A stretch of DNA of 64,000 nt from NCBI GenBank assembly GCA_951406725.2, contig OX597826.1:79422001-79486000 (forward strand), given 5' to 3'. The stretch comes from Octopus vulgaris (lineage: Eukaryota). Each line of letters starts with the position of its first letter. Position 1 is the stretch's first letter. Below are positions 44,270-59,660 of the stretch, piece after piece. Position numbers and translations under genes: made by a program. The notes beneath the pieces were generated by a model that ran no database searches, had not been told where the DNA came from, and saw only the letters and a program-made list of their open reading frames with translations.

Positions 44270-46223
44270 AATAAAAGAAGGGTAAAAATACCGCTTGTCA
44301 AAGATGAAAGTGAAAGCTTCAAAAACCACCAATCCTACGATAATACACACGCGCAAAGCAATAAACACTTCAAAAAATAGGCCTACCTTCTGGATTTAAT
44401 TTGAAGATAGTTTACTGCAAAACCCAATATCAATTGATTTAATGCTTCTTTGTCGAACCGCTAGGTTATTTTATCGATCACGTTTGGCGAACCGCTAAGT
44501 TATTTTATCGATGTGGATTGGCGCACCGCTAAGTTATTTTTGATTGGACATCTTTTGCCCGATTTTAATCTAATTTTCAACATGGTAAAGTGGAAGTGGA
44601 TAATTATTTTAAGAGCGGAAACCTAAGTTTTTATAGATGGGAGAGAGATATATTAAGCAAAATAGAGAGTAAGAGATCGCGAGGGAGAGTCCGAGAGAAA
44701 GGAAGAGTAAGAGAGTGGGAAAGTGAGAGAGGAAGGAGAGAGAAACAAAGAGGGAGAATGTGGCGATAAGAAACAGAAAGGAAGCAACCGAAAGTAACAA
44801 CCACACCCTCACCCGCGCGTAGAGCGGTTCACCTTAAGCTTGTCTATCTATAAATATGTATAAATACGCACAAATGTATGTATGTATATATCTGTGAGTG
44901 TATGAATTTGAGCTTGTACTCGCCTTCTATCACTGCTTGACAACCGGTGCTGTTTCGTTTACGTTCCTGTAACATAGTGCTTTGGCATAAGAGAAAGATA
45001 GAATCAGTACCATGTTTAAAAAAGACAAACCCCGGGGTCGATTCGTTCGATTAAAAACTCTTCAAGGCGGTGCTCCAGCATGGCCATGGACTGTAACAAA
45101 TTAAAGATAAAAAAGAGAAGAGTGTATCTTTGCGATTTGTTCGAAACAAAAAAGTCTTGAAATCCATAATCGATGTTTCTAGATCTTTTGTTGTATAGGA
45201 CGAAGCGATGCCAGCGTCTAATAATGGTCCTTTATATCGGTAGGACTAGTGTGACCGGTGTAGACATTACCACCGGAAACTCAACGTTTTGATTCTAAGA
45301 TGTATACTTCCGGGAGTGTATTTTCATTGTGTTTCGTTTGTGTTTCATGTTTGTCTTCTTTAACATTACTTTCATCATTAATTGTCTATTTTTAGTGGGA
45401 ATTCTATAGAAAAACAAACGTGTTGTTTATTAATATTCTCTTCTTTTTCGTAAGTTATAAAACTTTTTTTTATTTACATAAAGATTGAATCACGATTTTA
45501 TTACCAGGAAACAAAGAAAATGAAAAAAAAAATAAGTGCCGAAGATGTGGTGGTGATGGTGGACAAATGGCGTGTTGCTGCGGACGATGGCCGGCGACAC
45601 TCACTGTCGTGGTCATCCCACTTCGCGGGGTTCCTAGTTTTGTTTTGTGTTGTAACTGGTTCAATTACCCGGTATGATATTCAGGGCAAATATCCTTTCC
45701 CATATCTTTTTCCCATGTGATTGAAAGGCCCAGCCTTGTAACATACTGTGTCACGCTGATTCGGCATAAACATGATATAAGGTAACCTGTCAGCCACTTT
45801 CATGTTTATTTAACGACTACAAGAATTTCAGCTGATTGAATACCCGAATGTTCAGTGTCGAAACCGATGAAAGATTCCCCACCATTAGTGCATATGAACA
45901 CACGCAAACACATATAAACACACACATATAAACGCATATATACGTATATATATATATATATGCGTGTGTGTATCCATTTGTGTTTAAGTTTACAAAGGTG
46001 GGCCTTTATTACCTGTAACTTCAAAGTACGCCAATTAGAATTCGTATGAAATAAGTACCAGTTGAGGATAAATATTGAATAAAAAAAAAACAAACAAAGA
46101 AAGAGACAAACGAGGGAAAAACAAACAAGGTGTATTAATTTGAGGCTCAGGAAAAATAGAAGAGTATTTGACGTTTCGAGCTTACGCTCTTTTACAGAAA
46201 AGAATGTGGAGAGAAAACAGATA

Positions 46224-46575
46224 GCATTTCGTCTGCCGCTACGCTCTGAGTTCAAATTCCGCCGAGGTCGACTTTGCCTTTCATCCTTTCGGGGTCGATA
46301 AATTAAGTACCAGTTACGTACTGGGGTCGATATAATCGACTTAATCCGTTTGTCTGTCCTTGTTTGTCCTCTCTGTGTTTAGCCCCTTGTGGGTAGTAAA
46401 GAAATAGGTATTTCGTCTGCCGCTACGTTCTGAATTCAAATTCCGCCGAGGTCGACTTTGCCTTTCATCTTTTCGGGGTCGATAAATTAAGTACCAGTTG
46501 CGTACTGTGATCGATCTAATCGACTGCCTCCCTCTCCAAAAATTTCGAGCCTTGTGCCTAGAGTAGAAAAGAATA
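46224..46575 (+). mobile_element. Tandem pair of family A SINEs
   Basis: Two successive tttcgtctgccgctacg..ctga.ttcaaattccgccgaggtcgac units. Confidence 0.9.
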
Positions 46576-47126
46576 TTATCATTGTTTTCGTTTCTTCTAG
46601 AAGGTCTAACGCTTTGCTAGTTTGCTTCTCCCGTCATCTCTTTGGACAGGCTTTGGGAGTTTCTCTCAAGTTTGTATATTCTTCGTCTAGAACTATTCTT
46701 TTGAATTACATCTGCGAACCATTTGCAAAGGGGCTGGGTTCTCAGAGCTGTTAAAGCAACTGTTGTTGTTGTTGCTGCTGCTGCTGCAGCTGTTGTTGTT
46801 GTTGGTTCCGACGACAAACATGGATGTAGTAGTGATCTCGGTGGTAGTAGAAATATTGATTTTGGTGGTGGTGCTGACAGTTGCTAGAATGCTGGGGGTG
46901 AACGGCTTATTTAATTCCCGCAGCAATAACGGAAACATCGTTTATAACGACGGTGGCGCTGTCATCGTCGTTATTCTCTTTCTTCCTTTATTTCTTTCTT
47001 CCTTTCTTTCTTCGTTTTCTTTCTTTCTTTCTTTCTTGTGTTTCTTCGTTTTCTCTCTTCGTTTTCTTTCTTTCTTTCTTCGTTTTCTTTCTTTTTTCCT
47101 TTCTTTCTTTCTTTCTTTCTTCATTT

Positions 47127-47163
<37 letters not shown>

Positions 47164-47947
47164 GTTTTCTTTCTTCGTTTTCTTTCTTTCTTTCTTTCTT
47201 CGTTTTCCTTCTCTTTTTCCTCATTTTCCTCGTCGTTCTTATTGCCGTCACTATTGTTCTCCTTTGAGACTCGCAGATCCGGTAAATCTTTTTATTGAAC
47301 AAAAAAAGAAAAACAAAAACAAAAACAAAAAAAGCCCAAAACAAAACACACAAAAAACAACAAAAGAAGTGTTGTTGTTAGTCTTCTTATCGTTGTTATT
47401 GTTGCTGCTATTGTTGTTGCTGTTGTTGTTGCTGATGTTACCACTCATTATTGTTGGGCTGTTAGTGTTGTTCTTCTTATTGCTATTGTTGTTTTCGTTA
47501 TTATTGTTCACGGCTGTGTTGTTTTTTTTTGTTGTTGTTGTTGGTGGTGGTGATGGTATCACTGAAAAAATTTTCGTGTTCGGATAAAACCACGCATTCA
47601 TCTCCTAGGTAACCGACAGAATCTGGCGAATCGCAACCAGCATCACCAATATTGTCTCTGGCGCTGTTCTTCTGTCTCTAAATGTCAACACTGTTGTTGA
47701 CATTATTTTTTTTATTAATAGACGTCTGATAAAATACAGACAAGGGCTGGGGAAAAAATCCTGTGCCTTTTGGATTAGAGAAGACTGCGTGTTTTCAAAA
47801 ATCCTCTCTTTCTTGAAAACGTTACGGAAAAAACTCAACCGGAAAAAAAAAAGAAAAAAAAGTCCTTTGAAGAAATTCGTTAAAACTGGTATGGTTGGAG
47901 CATCATAAAGAGCGGTTTATATTGGAACATTATTATTATTATTATTA

Positions 47948-48373
47948 CTTTTTTTTCTTCTTTCAAATTTGCTTCCATTTCTTGCCGAGTGTCTTCCCGA
48001 CTCCTAGGGCAAAGAAACTCATAGTATACATTGGTAGGCCATTAAACTAAACTCAATAGTTCGTTCATTTTTTTTTCTAAGTTAAATTAAAATACATGGG
48101 TAGTAATAGTTCTCACAGCGACAATGCTCTTCTCAATACGTGTGATGTACCAGTTAAGACAATCTTTTGCACTTCTTGCAGGGATGGTAAGCCAGGGATC
48201 ATTCTCATATAATTTTCGGTTCCCTTCTTGATCATTGCCTTGAGATGCCACATTTTCTCAATTTCAATGAGCAGGTCTTTATATTTTCTGAGCTTGTCAA
48301 ACTCTTTCGCTGAGATATTTTGATCACAGAGGATGCTCATGTCGATCAATAAGCAAACTTTATTGTTTTGGTC
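47948..48373 (-). mobile_element. 5'-truncated R4/Dong-like non-LTR retrotransposon (restriction-like endonuclease end + 3' UTR) inside (TAA)n
   Basis: ORF 48113..48349 LIDMSILCDQNISAKEFDKLRKYKDLLIEIEKMWHLK...VQKIVLTGTSHVLRRAL; ATT repeats on both sides. Confidence 0.8.
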
Positions 48374-48428
<55 letters not shown>

Positions 48429-48471
48429 CATTATTATCATTATTATTATTATCATAATCATCATCATCATC

Positions 48472-48524
<53 letters not shown>

Positions 48525-48976
48525 GGCGCATGGCTCAGTGGTTAGAGCGCCGATCTTACGACTATTAGGTTGTGAGTTCGACCCGATATAATCGTAGTGG
48601 ACGGAAGCAAAAGAAAAAACAAAGCCATGTAAGATAATAAATTTGCAATTCTATTGAAGTAGGGAAACGAGTTATGATTGTAGAGACAGGAAAACAGTGT
48701 AAGAACCTAAATTATGAAAGAGTCTTGATGCAAAGAGACAAGATATGATTTGAGAGAGGGGAGAGATAGATAGATAGAGAGAGAGAGGGGGGAGGGAGAG
48801 AGACTGTGTAAGACCATAAATTTGCAATACCGTATAATAGTAGTTTGAACATCAAAAAATTGGAGAATATTGAGAAGCATCAGATCGGAATCGAAACACG
48901 TATTGTCAAAACGTGAAGTGGCATCCTGCATTTTGCAAGAAACCTAAGAAATATTCTTTATATTTGAGGAGATTTA

Positions 48977-49504
48977 CGAGGGTGAGTCAGGACTGGTATA
49001 ATCACCAACACAGGAACATGTATCATACACCAAAATGAAGCTGGTCCTCTGTGGATCACATCCCTACTTCTCAACATAGTCACCGTTTCTCTCAATAGAA
49101 ATATTCCACCTTTGAATGAGAGCATGTATCCCTGCCCCCGTAAAATTCTGTTGACTGTTCTTTGAGCCACTTCTTCACTACAGTTTTCACTTCCTCGTCA
49201 CTGGAATAATGTTTGTCTCTCAAACCCTCTTTCATGGGGCCAAAGAGATGATAGTTAAGTGATGAGGAAGTGAAAACTGTAGTGAAGAAGTGGCTCAAAG
49301 AGCAGTCAACAGAATTTTACAAAGCAGGGATAGATGCTCTCAGTTGAAGGTGGAACATTGCTATTGAGAGAAACGGCGACTATGTTGAGAAGTAGGGATG
49401 TGATCCACAGAGGACCAGCTTCATTTTGGTGTATGATACATGTTCCTGTGTTGGTAGTTATACCTGTCCTAAACAAAATGGCATTACTTTTTAACTCACC
49501 CTCG
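48977..49504. mobile_element. Fold-back mariner derivative: two inverted copies of the transposase 3' end
   Basis: ta|cgagggtgagt...actcaccctcg|ta; arms 48977-49202 and 49258-49504 are reverse complements; encodes YHLFGPMKEGLRDKHYSSDEEVKTVVKKWLKEQSTEFY. Confidence 0.88.
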
Positions 49505-49754
49505 TATTTCGTATGTTAGTAACCAATATAAAAAGAACTAAAAAAGGAGAGCCTACTGCTTGCTTGATGTGCGAGAAATGGCAGGCAAGTTTGTCCTCTG
49601 ATTTACTCTCTCAAACACTGTGTTCCAGAAAAAGAAGAATAGAAAAGGGACGGAAGAAGAGAAGGGGGAGGTGGGGATATACATTGGTGTATGTAGTCTT
49701 AGATATGCAATTCCAACCGTGAAATTGTGTAGGGTTATTGTTACAGTTGCTGTT

Positions 49755-49900
49755 GTGGAATGCCGCTGTTGTGGATGCCGTTATTGTGGGTGCATCTGTT
49801 ATAGATACTGCTATTGTCGATGCCGCTGTTTTGGATGCCGCTGTTCTGGATGCCGCTGTTTTAGATGCCCCTGTTTTGGATGCCGCTGTTGTGGATTCCG
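49755..49900. repeat. 15-bp minisatellite (ggatgccgctgtttt-like)
   Basis: About 9-10 degenerate units; source of the TAASK repeats in ORF 49611..50072. Confidence 0.8.
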
Positions 49901-50501
49901 CTCTTGTGTAATTTTTCTTTGCATCTTCTGCTTTTCTCGCAATTGCAATTGTTGTTATTGTTGATATTGTTGTTCTTGTTGCTGCCCTCTTTCCCTTGAT
50001 ATTCATGCTATTGCTTGTGATGTTGTTGATGCAAACTTCCTGACTAACTCGTTTGTTCCAATACTCTTTCATTTGTTATCTTTCCTCTTCTGAGAGTTTC
50101 ATCCGCCAAACCTTTGAGACTCAGAATTATGATTGCAGGTTTCCCCCCAACGCCTCCCCCATTTTCTCCAGATCTCTATTTATTACCATTTCTTTGGCTC
50201 TTCCTACTCCTCTTCGCTTTCTTTTACATTCAAGGAATCAGAAACTGCCAAAGCTAATATTAACAACTAGTTTACGGGCAATGGATGTCATATGCTATTT
50301 AGTGATGCTCTGACTACAAATCCACCTGAAGTCGGCACTGCGTTTCATCTTTTCGGAGTTGATTATGTAAGAAGCAGTGAATTCCAGGTGTCGTTTGAAT
50401 TGACTAAATCCTCCTCTTCTCTAAATCGGCGATTTTCTGCCTACAAACATTATTACAATTGTTATATTATTGTTGTTTCCGTAGCTGCTCTTACATCTAT
50501 G

Positions 50502-50536
<35 letters not shown>

Positions 50537-50583
50537 CATCATCATCATCATCATCATCATCATTGTTGTTATTATTATTATTA

Positions 50584-50860
50584 CTTTTTTTTTTCTTCTT
50601 TCAAATTTGCTTCCATTTCTTGCCGAGTGTCTTCCCGACTCCCAGGGCAAAGAAACTCATAGTATACATTGGTAGGCCATTAAACCAAACTCAATAGTTC
50701 GTTCATTTAAAAAAAAAAAAATTTTTTTTTAAAGTTAAATTAAAATACATGAGCAGCAACAGTTCTCACATCGACAATGCTCTTCTCAATACGTGTGATG
50801 TACCAGTTAAGACAATCTTTTGCACTTCTTGCAGGGATGGTAAGCCAGGGATCATTCTCA

Positions 50861-50862
<2 letters not shown>
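50584..50862 (-). mobile_element. Second, shorter R4/Dong-like 3' fragment inside (TAA)n
   Basis: Nearly identical to 47948-48210 (RMIPGLPSLQEVQKIVLTGTSHVLRRALS + UTR). Confidence 0.8.
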
Positions 50863-50945
<83 letters not shown>

Positions 50946-50950
50946 ATTGT

Positions 50951-51390
50951 TAAGGCGGCGAGCTGGCAGAATCATTAGCATGCCAGGCAAAATGCTTAGC
51001 AATATTTCGTCGGTCCTTATATTCTGAGATCAAATTCTGCTGAGGTCGACTTTGCCTTTCATCTCTATGGGGTCGATAAAATAAGTACTAGGTGAGCACT
51101 GGGATCGATTTAATCGACTTAACCTCGCCCCTAAAATTGCTGGTCTTGTGCCAAAAATTTGAAATCAATATTATCAAGACGACGAGCTGGCAGAATCGTA
51201 AACGCACCGGACAAAATGCTTAGCAGCATTTCTTCCGACCGACTTAACGTTTTGAGTTCTAATTTCGTGGAGGTCGACTTTGCTTTTCATCTTTTTGGTA
51301 TGTTAAAATAAATACCATTTAAACACTGAATCGATGTAATCGCTGCCTCCTCCCCCGAAATTGATGGACTTGTGCCAAAAATTGAAACCA
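50951..51390 (+). mobile_element. Tandem pair of family A SINEs
   Basis: aaggcggcgagctggcagaatc at 50952 and gacgagctggcagaatcg at 51181. Confidence 0.88.
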
Positions 51391-52372
51391 GTATAGTTGT
51401 TATTATTGTTAAGGCGTTGTTGTTGTTGTTGTTGTTGTTGTTAGTATCGTTATTGGTAGTGTATCGGAAAAATGCTTTAAGATATTGAAGTACAATCCTT
51501 TACGTTCCGAGTTCGTGTAATTGCATTTAAGTTTTCGTGCAAACTTTAGAGGATGCGATAGAAATTGAAATGTCAGCAAAGCTTTCCTGCTTCTAATTCT
51601 ATGACCAAAACTGGACGATAAAAATCTCGGTCATCTACTTTGGCGAAGGTTGAAATCAGAAACTGGAAGTGGCTCTAGTCTCTGTGCCAACATTGCATTA
51701 CTTGTGGCTTTTGCTTATCAAAGAATTTTCTAGAATAGTCAGTTATCTCGATTTAATTGATTACAAAAATGGCCTTTGTTAATTAGTTATTCATCAGTTC
51801 TTATCTTGTTATGGGAAATGGAAATAAATATGAGATGTAGCACGTAACCACATATATACCCTCATACGCAGGAGCATATATATATACATACTTACATATG
51901 TGTATACATTACTACGTAGGTACACGCATTTATAGATTCACGAACACACACAGACACATACACGCACACATACGCACGTACATATAGTTGTACATATACA
52001 GACACAGGCAAGCATTATGCATATACACCCGTGTACGGGGACATACGCAAACACTGCCGCATCCACTGATTAGGGACTTCGTACACAATGACATCCAATT
52101 ATCTTTACAGAGAACACAATACACATTTCCACCTCCTTTTAACTAATCAGCTCTAACGTAAACACATACACTTAAATACACAAACACACACACACATATA
52201 CACAAAAAATAGCATCACCAACGTAGAAACGCTAATAAACACACACATAGCTCATCATGGAAGGACACAGTAACGCACGCACACACACACACACACACGC
52301 ACAGACACACACACAGACACACAGACAGACACACAGACAGACACACAGACAGACACACACAGACACACACAG

Positions 52373-52438
<66 letters not shown>

Positions 52439-53546
52439 CAGAATACAAAACACGTACAATCACAACGATACGTATTCGTACACTACTTCAGCGAGTCACC
52501 TTCAACGAAATCCAATAAAATTTGCAAAGAACTGCCAAAGACCGTGACATTTGATTAGCAACTAAAAGCAAAAGACAATTATATGATCTATCTTTACTTG
52601 TTAATTTAATTTGAAACTCTAGCAACGCCTAATAGAGTAAGAGGTCTTAATGTCACTAAGAAAGCTTCAAACATGGCCCGTTTATAATATAGTTTTCTTA
52701 GCCGTTTGTCACAGGAGCTTGCTCAATAATCACTACGGTAGACTGGACATACGGAGAAAACACACAAGAACGCACTTAATTACGGTGTACAACACAATGG
52801 CTTATATAGGCAATGACTTGCATGTTTCAGTATTGGGAAGATGTGGCTTTCTTTCGTTTATTCTTACAGCCGTTGGTGAGAAATTTCACTCAGCTCAACC
52901 TGTGTACTTGAGTAGGGTTTTTGGTACTGAAGTATCGAGTCTGCGGCTTTAGCTTCCTTCATTTGGCTTATGGGGAAAATATACGTACGTATGTGTATGT
53001 ATGCCATTATTCAGTTTTATTTCAAGGGTTTTTGATAATAGAGAAAGAACCGGTCTCTAATCTAGATCCAAGGCTCCTTCATTGAAATTTCAACAGGGTT
53101 TTTTGTATGTATGTATGTATGTATGTTACCGATGATGTTGGCTTGTTCTTCTTTTCGGATTATGGCTGCTGTTGCTTAGTGAGTGGGATTGACTCAGTGC
53201 ACAGCCTTTCCTCACTTTAAAAATATCTTCTTGCACAGGCATTGCACGATAACAACATTGATTAAGCTTCGTGCAATGGTCATACACGATAACGAGGAGG
53301 CAGCCACCATGTATGTATGTATGTATGTATGTATGTATGTATGTATGTATCTGTCTGTCTGTCTGCCTGTCTGTCTGTCTGCCTATCTATCTTTCTCTCT
53401 CTCTCTGTATATATATATATATATGTATACAAACACACACACACACACACATATATATATAACTGAGTAAGCACATAAATGTGAAACAAGGTGGAAAAAA
53501 AGAGTACTCATGTACATATACATATATATAATACACACACACGCGA

Positions 53547-53595
<49 letters not shown>

Positions 53596-54236
53596 ATATA
53601 TATGTACATATACACATATATATAACACACACACACACACACAAATACTCATTTTTTATATGAAATTATATATGTATGAAGTTATTGCAGGACTTTTGTT
53701 TTTTTTAAATGGTGAGTTTCTGATTGAAGATGCTTTACTTTCTCTTTGACAACTGATTATGGATATGTAGATATACGTAAGTATATATACCTAGATGCAT
53801 AGACACACACATATATGTTCACATACACACACACACATACACATGTATGGCTATACTTATAGCTGCTGCTTACGAATACCATCAACGCTAACAAGATATT
53901 TATGATTGCAAATATATTCAGGATGCAAACAGGGCCATTTATACATCTTCAATCCAATATTAATTTCTTTCGCTATGCAAACGGAGGATTATGTTGTCGG
54001 AGAGTTTCTCACGCATACAGAAAGCAGATACGTAGAGAGACTTCCCTACCGGCATCAGAAGTCACTTGTCAAAGAGAAAGTAAAGCCCGCTCAATCAGAA
54101 ACTCATGACTTTCAAAAAAAAAAAAAAAGTAGAAAAGAAAAATGTCCCGCAATAACAATCATACATATAGAATTTCATATAAAAATAAGTGTGTATGTGT
54201 ATGTGTATACACATACATATGAATACATAATCACAA

Positions 54237-54439
<203 letters not shown>

Positions 54440-54455
54440 TCTATCTCTGTAAATG

Positions 54456-54544
<89 letters not shown>

Positions 54545-54895
54545 TATATATCTATATATACATACACACATATATGTGTGTGTGTGTGTATGCGCGTGCG
54601 TTTGTGTGTATGTACATTATATATATATATGTATATATATAAAGTTAATCCAAACAAGAAAGCACAAAAAACACAACAACGCGAGGACGTGGAACAAATA
54701 TAGTATTATTGGACGCTCAGGAAAGAAGGGAAAGAAGGAGGGTTTAACGTTTCGAGCGGAGCTCTTCGTCGGAAACATAGGAGAAGGAAAGATCCAGAGA
54801 AGAGAAGACAGAGGGAAAAAAATCGCCAACGGTACACACGAGGTCACATTTTGAAGATATATGTATATACACATATACATGTACATATGTATCTA

Positions 54896-54991
<96 letters not shown>

Positions 54992-55313
54992 CATTTAGGC
55001 ATCGAGAGACCAATAACCTGGTGCAGAATTCAACATACGTATGTTTTAGAACAAAGTGTTAAACGAGTGTAGAGCGGTAGGAAGAAAAAGAGAGGAGACA
55101 GGAAAAAATAGCTGTTTCTGCTACAAGGAGCAATGTACTGTTAGTGGAGTGCTTGAATAATATACTGTAGCTTCATCGGAGCCTCGAATATGAAGCTATT
55201 AGAAAGCTGCTCTTCTGGCATTCAGCTACGATTCCACTGTCTGTCTGTCTGTCTGTCTGCGCGTTTGTCTGTCCGTTTCTTTGAACATCTCTCTGTATCT
55301 GTGTGTGCATTTA

Positions 55314-55404
<91 letters not shown>

Positions 55405-55544
55405 ATATATATCTCTGAATGCCCGTGTGTATATATCCAACTGTGAAAGTGTACGCGAAGAAACAACTGAATGAGTAAAAAATTATATATATATATAAAA
55501 TATATGTATGTGTGCGTGTGCGTATGTATATGCGCACGTGTGTA

Positions 55545-55580
<36 letters not shown>

Positions 55581-55876
55581 ACATGATTCATGCTATCAAA
55601 CGGTCAAATCTGAAAATATATTCCCTTGGGTAAAAAAATAACAGAAATCGAGGAAAGACATTAAAAAAAGAGATTTGTTTTGCTTAGAATTTAAAAAGAA
55701 AAAAAATACCCAACAAATTATTATTTTTCTTATTTATTGGAGTCGATGGCAAGAAACCGAATGAAAAATATAGAAACATTTGCTCAGAATCCCTTTCTCT
55801 TACTCTACCCTCTCCACCGCCTCCTCCTCCTCTCTCTCTATGTATGTATATATGTGAATGTATATATGAGTGTAAA

Positions 55877-55931
<55 letters not shown>

Positions 55932-56062
55932 ATACATATACGCACATGCATATGTATTTATTTGTATACACACACATAGATATACATACCAACGAATATA
56001 TATATATATATATATACATGTACATTCATACGTGGATTCACACATATCTATCTATCTGCATT

Positions 56063-56103
<41 letters not shown>

Positions 56104-56354
56104 TACATAAACACACACACGCATAAGTATATGTAAATGAAGTGGATAATATCTATTCAGTGTTCATTAAAAGAAGTCAGACATCTCCATTGAAATACGC
56201 TGGTAGCGGAACACCGACCAGTATTGAATATGAAATATAAAAAATGGGTTTGAAAGGAACGGTGAAAAGTTTATTCGGCAAAACTCGACAAATAGGAATA
56301 TTTTTCCCATTCGTAAGGGAAATATAATTACGTTTGCTTATGGTTAGTAATTTG

Positions 56355-56593
56355 TTTCTTTATTACCCACAAGGGGCTAAACATAGAGGGGACAAACAAG
56401 GACAGACAAACGAATTAAATCGATTATATCGACCCCAGTGCGTAACTGGTACTTAATTTATCGACCCCGAAAGGATGAAAGGCAAAGTCGACCTTGGCGG
56501 AATTTGAACTCAGAACGTAACGGCAGACGAAATATACGAAATATGGCTACGCATTTCGCCCGGCGTGATAACCACTCTGCCAGCTCGCCGCCT
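56355..56593 (-). mobile_element. tRNA-derived SINE, family A
   Basis: Near full-length consensus match. Confidence 0.9.
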
Positions 56594-56855
56594 TCATTAT
56601 GGTTAGTAGTGTCTGTCTCTAGTTGTAACCCACGGCTTCTACTTGGGCTCGCTGTCCCATTACCTTGTCTTCCCTCGAACTGTTCTTCTGTCTGTTTGAC
56701 TGTCTGCCTGTCCGCCGGTTGGTCTACCTCCATCTGTCTTTGTTTTCTATGTATATATGTATGTATGAATGTATGTGTGTATTTATGTATCTATTTATCT
56801 GTCAGACTAACTATCTGCTTATCAAGCCGTCGATAGACTTAGCAATCCACACACG

Positions 56856-56910
<55 letters not shown>

Positions 56911-57109
56911 ATACACGCGTACACATACACAAGCACGCGAACACGCAGACATGCAACCATACATACTGAGTGATACGTTTATTTTATCAGACAAAATGTC
57001 TGAGGATTATCGAAATGTATGAACGGGAAAATCCAAGTAAGAGAACCAAGTATAAATTGACTCTTGCACTCTACAAACACGTAAAACTCTTTCTTCCTAT
57101 GAATTGCAA

Positions 57110-57470
57110 CAGCTCCAATATATACCTTCACAATGGCATGTTTTTCTGAAGCAGTTTACCAAGTTAAGGTTTCACTTGCAAACAAGGGAGAAACATAATC
57201 TATATGGGACTTACTGAAAATCCCTACAAACACATTTTAGCAACATACATACACATTCAGATACTCAGAAACTCGCTTCACTTATTCATTTTCCAGATAT
57301 ATCTGGAGTGTAAAGGATCAATATTAACAGTTATAAAGTCGATTGGTTCACTTTAGAACACGTATACTTATACATTAATTGCTCCTGACGATGTAATCTT
57401 TGCCTATCAGAATAGTGCAACATTCTACTACAGTCGTTTGCAATTTTGAACAAAAGATCGACATTTGTGA
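57110..57470 (+). mobile_element. Penelope-like GIY-YIG endonuclease remnant
   Basis: Broken frames: SEAVYQVKV..YMGLTENPYK..TFRY..FSRYIWSVKD..KVDW..RCNLCLSE..ILNKRS, the typical Penelope C-terminal pattern. Confidence 0.8.
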
Positions 57471-58041
57471 ATTCTTTAAACGTTACAATCGTTATTTATT
57501 GAAGAAAATTTTAAAGTCATTGGTTAAAAATAATTAATGTTCTCTGTAATATATTTGCCCCGACTTGAAATACAGTCACAGTTTGAAAAGTAAGCATTTA
57601 GTTCTAAATCATGAGTAAAAATATATATTTACAACAAACATTTAACATGCTTTTGTGTTTTACTTAAGACATGAAAATATATGCTTTGGCATGGCAGAAG
57701 ACAAATATATTACGTAATGTGAGTATTATACGTGCTTATATAAATGAGTAATGTATTTTGAAGCGTTTGTTTTGGTAACGAATCAAGTCTCGGTGACATT
57801 TAATCATTTCTGTGTGCTCACGAATATTATTGCTCATTTGCCTTTATGATGCTTGGCTTTTAAATCGTTTCAGTGATCGGCAACATGAAACATAGAACAA
57901 CTATTTAACAAATTTCAGGTTTTCATAAAAATATACGAAGTCTTTGTTCTTTTCTACGTTTGCAAACACAAACGTTCGCCAGGCCTTAATACACACATAC
58001 ATCCTTATATACATATATATACAAGTGTGTGTGTATGTGTA

Positions 58042-58101
<60 letters not shown>

Positions 58102-58175
58102 GTATGTATAGATAGAGAGATAGATTGATTGATTGATAGATAGATAGATAGATAGATATATAGATAGGCAGACAG

Positions 58176-58218
<43 letters not shown>

Positions 58219-58283
58219 AACATTCATATGTATGAAAACTCACACACATATATGTTCATATATATATGTATATATAAATATAT

Positions 58284-58373
<90 letters not shown>

Positions 58374-58923
58374 TTGTATACATATGTACGCACACACACG
58401 CACACATACACTCATACATACATGTGTGTGAATGTGATAGAAATCAATACATTCTAGCAAATCTATGCTACTCAGAACCGCCCAATATAATGCTGAGCTA
58501 GCATCATAAATAAAATATAAAGAAAAGCAACGGCAACTCTCCGATATAATAAATTCTATTGAAAGCCAGAAAACTCTGTATGCGTGAGTGTGTGTTTGTG
58601 TGTGTGTGGGCAGGTGCTGAAGCGAACAGTGTTGAGATTAAGGTAGCTTAAGCTATCAATATGTCAGGCTACTTCACAGATATGATTTTAGTTGACTATG
58701 TCTACTCTGCTGAATTGCTCAGCCACTTTCTTTTGATATTAATCTTAGCATCTACTACTTATCAAAGCTTTAGAAATCCGTGCACCCATCCAACAACATA
58801 AACCACCCCGATTACCGACTTATAAATCATACACAGTCATATATATATGTATCTATATGCTTATATATATGCATATATATGGATATATATATATGTATGT
58901 ATATATGCATAAATATATATGTA

Positions 58924-58978
<55 letters not shown>

Positions 58979-59019
58979 GCATAAATATATGTATATATGT
59001 ATATATATATATGTATATA

Positions 59020-59106
<87 letters not shown>

Positions 59107-59143
59107 GTGCATATATATGTATATATGTATATATGTATATACG

Positions 59144-59215
<72 letters not shown>

Positions 59216-59516
59216 TTTATATATATATATGCACACGCGCACATAATTTTGTATAATCACGTGCATGCATGACTATCCGTGTACTTATATATTCGCATAC
59301 CCCGAATGTACTGATATTAATTCTCCAGTTATCTCACACCATCTACGCATGCGCATACACACATATACATGCTTGCATACACACAACTGTATCAATAACT
59401 GCATATGGAAAGAAAAAAAGAAAGAAAGAGAGAGAGAGAGGAGTTGAAATATAGAGGTATAGATACAGACACCTATGCATACACACATACATACATACAT
59501 ACATACATACATACAC

Positions 59517-59549
<33 letters not shown>

Positions 59550-59605
59550 CACACACATACATACATACATACATATATACACACACATACATACATACAT
59601 ACATT

Positions 59606-59660
<55 letters not shown>

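Noticed and set aside
44450-44545. Three ~33-bp units (gaaccgctaagttattttatcga) that look like repeat-spacer array; also a 16-bp triple at 1110-1155
   Set aside because: Short eukaryotic tandem duplications, the first derived from SINE sequence; no cas genes and not a CRISPR array.
46763-47587. 274-aa hydrophobic ORF resembling a membrane protein
   Set aside because: Built from (GTT)n and (TTTC)n repeats, antisense within an intron, with overlapping frames equally open.
47605-47703. MSTTVLTF...ILVMLVAI as a possible signal-peptide first exon
   Set aside because: No good donor, in-frame stop follows, and a better homologous exon lies further upstream at 62821-62885.
49611-50072. 153-aa ORF with mucin-like TAASK repeats
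   Set aside because: Explained by a 15-bp minisatellite; no splice sites linking it to the gene in frame were found.
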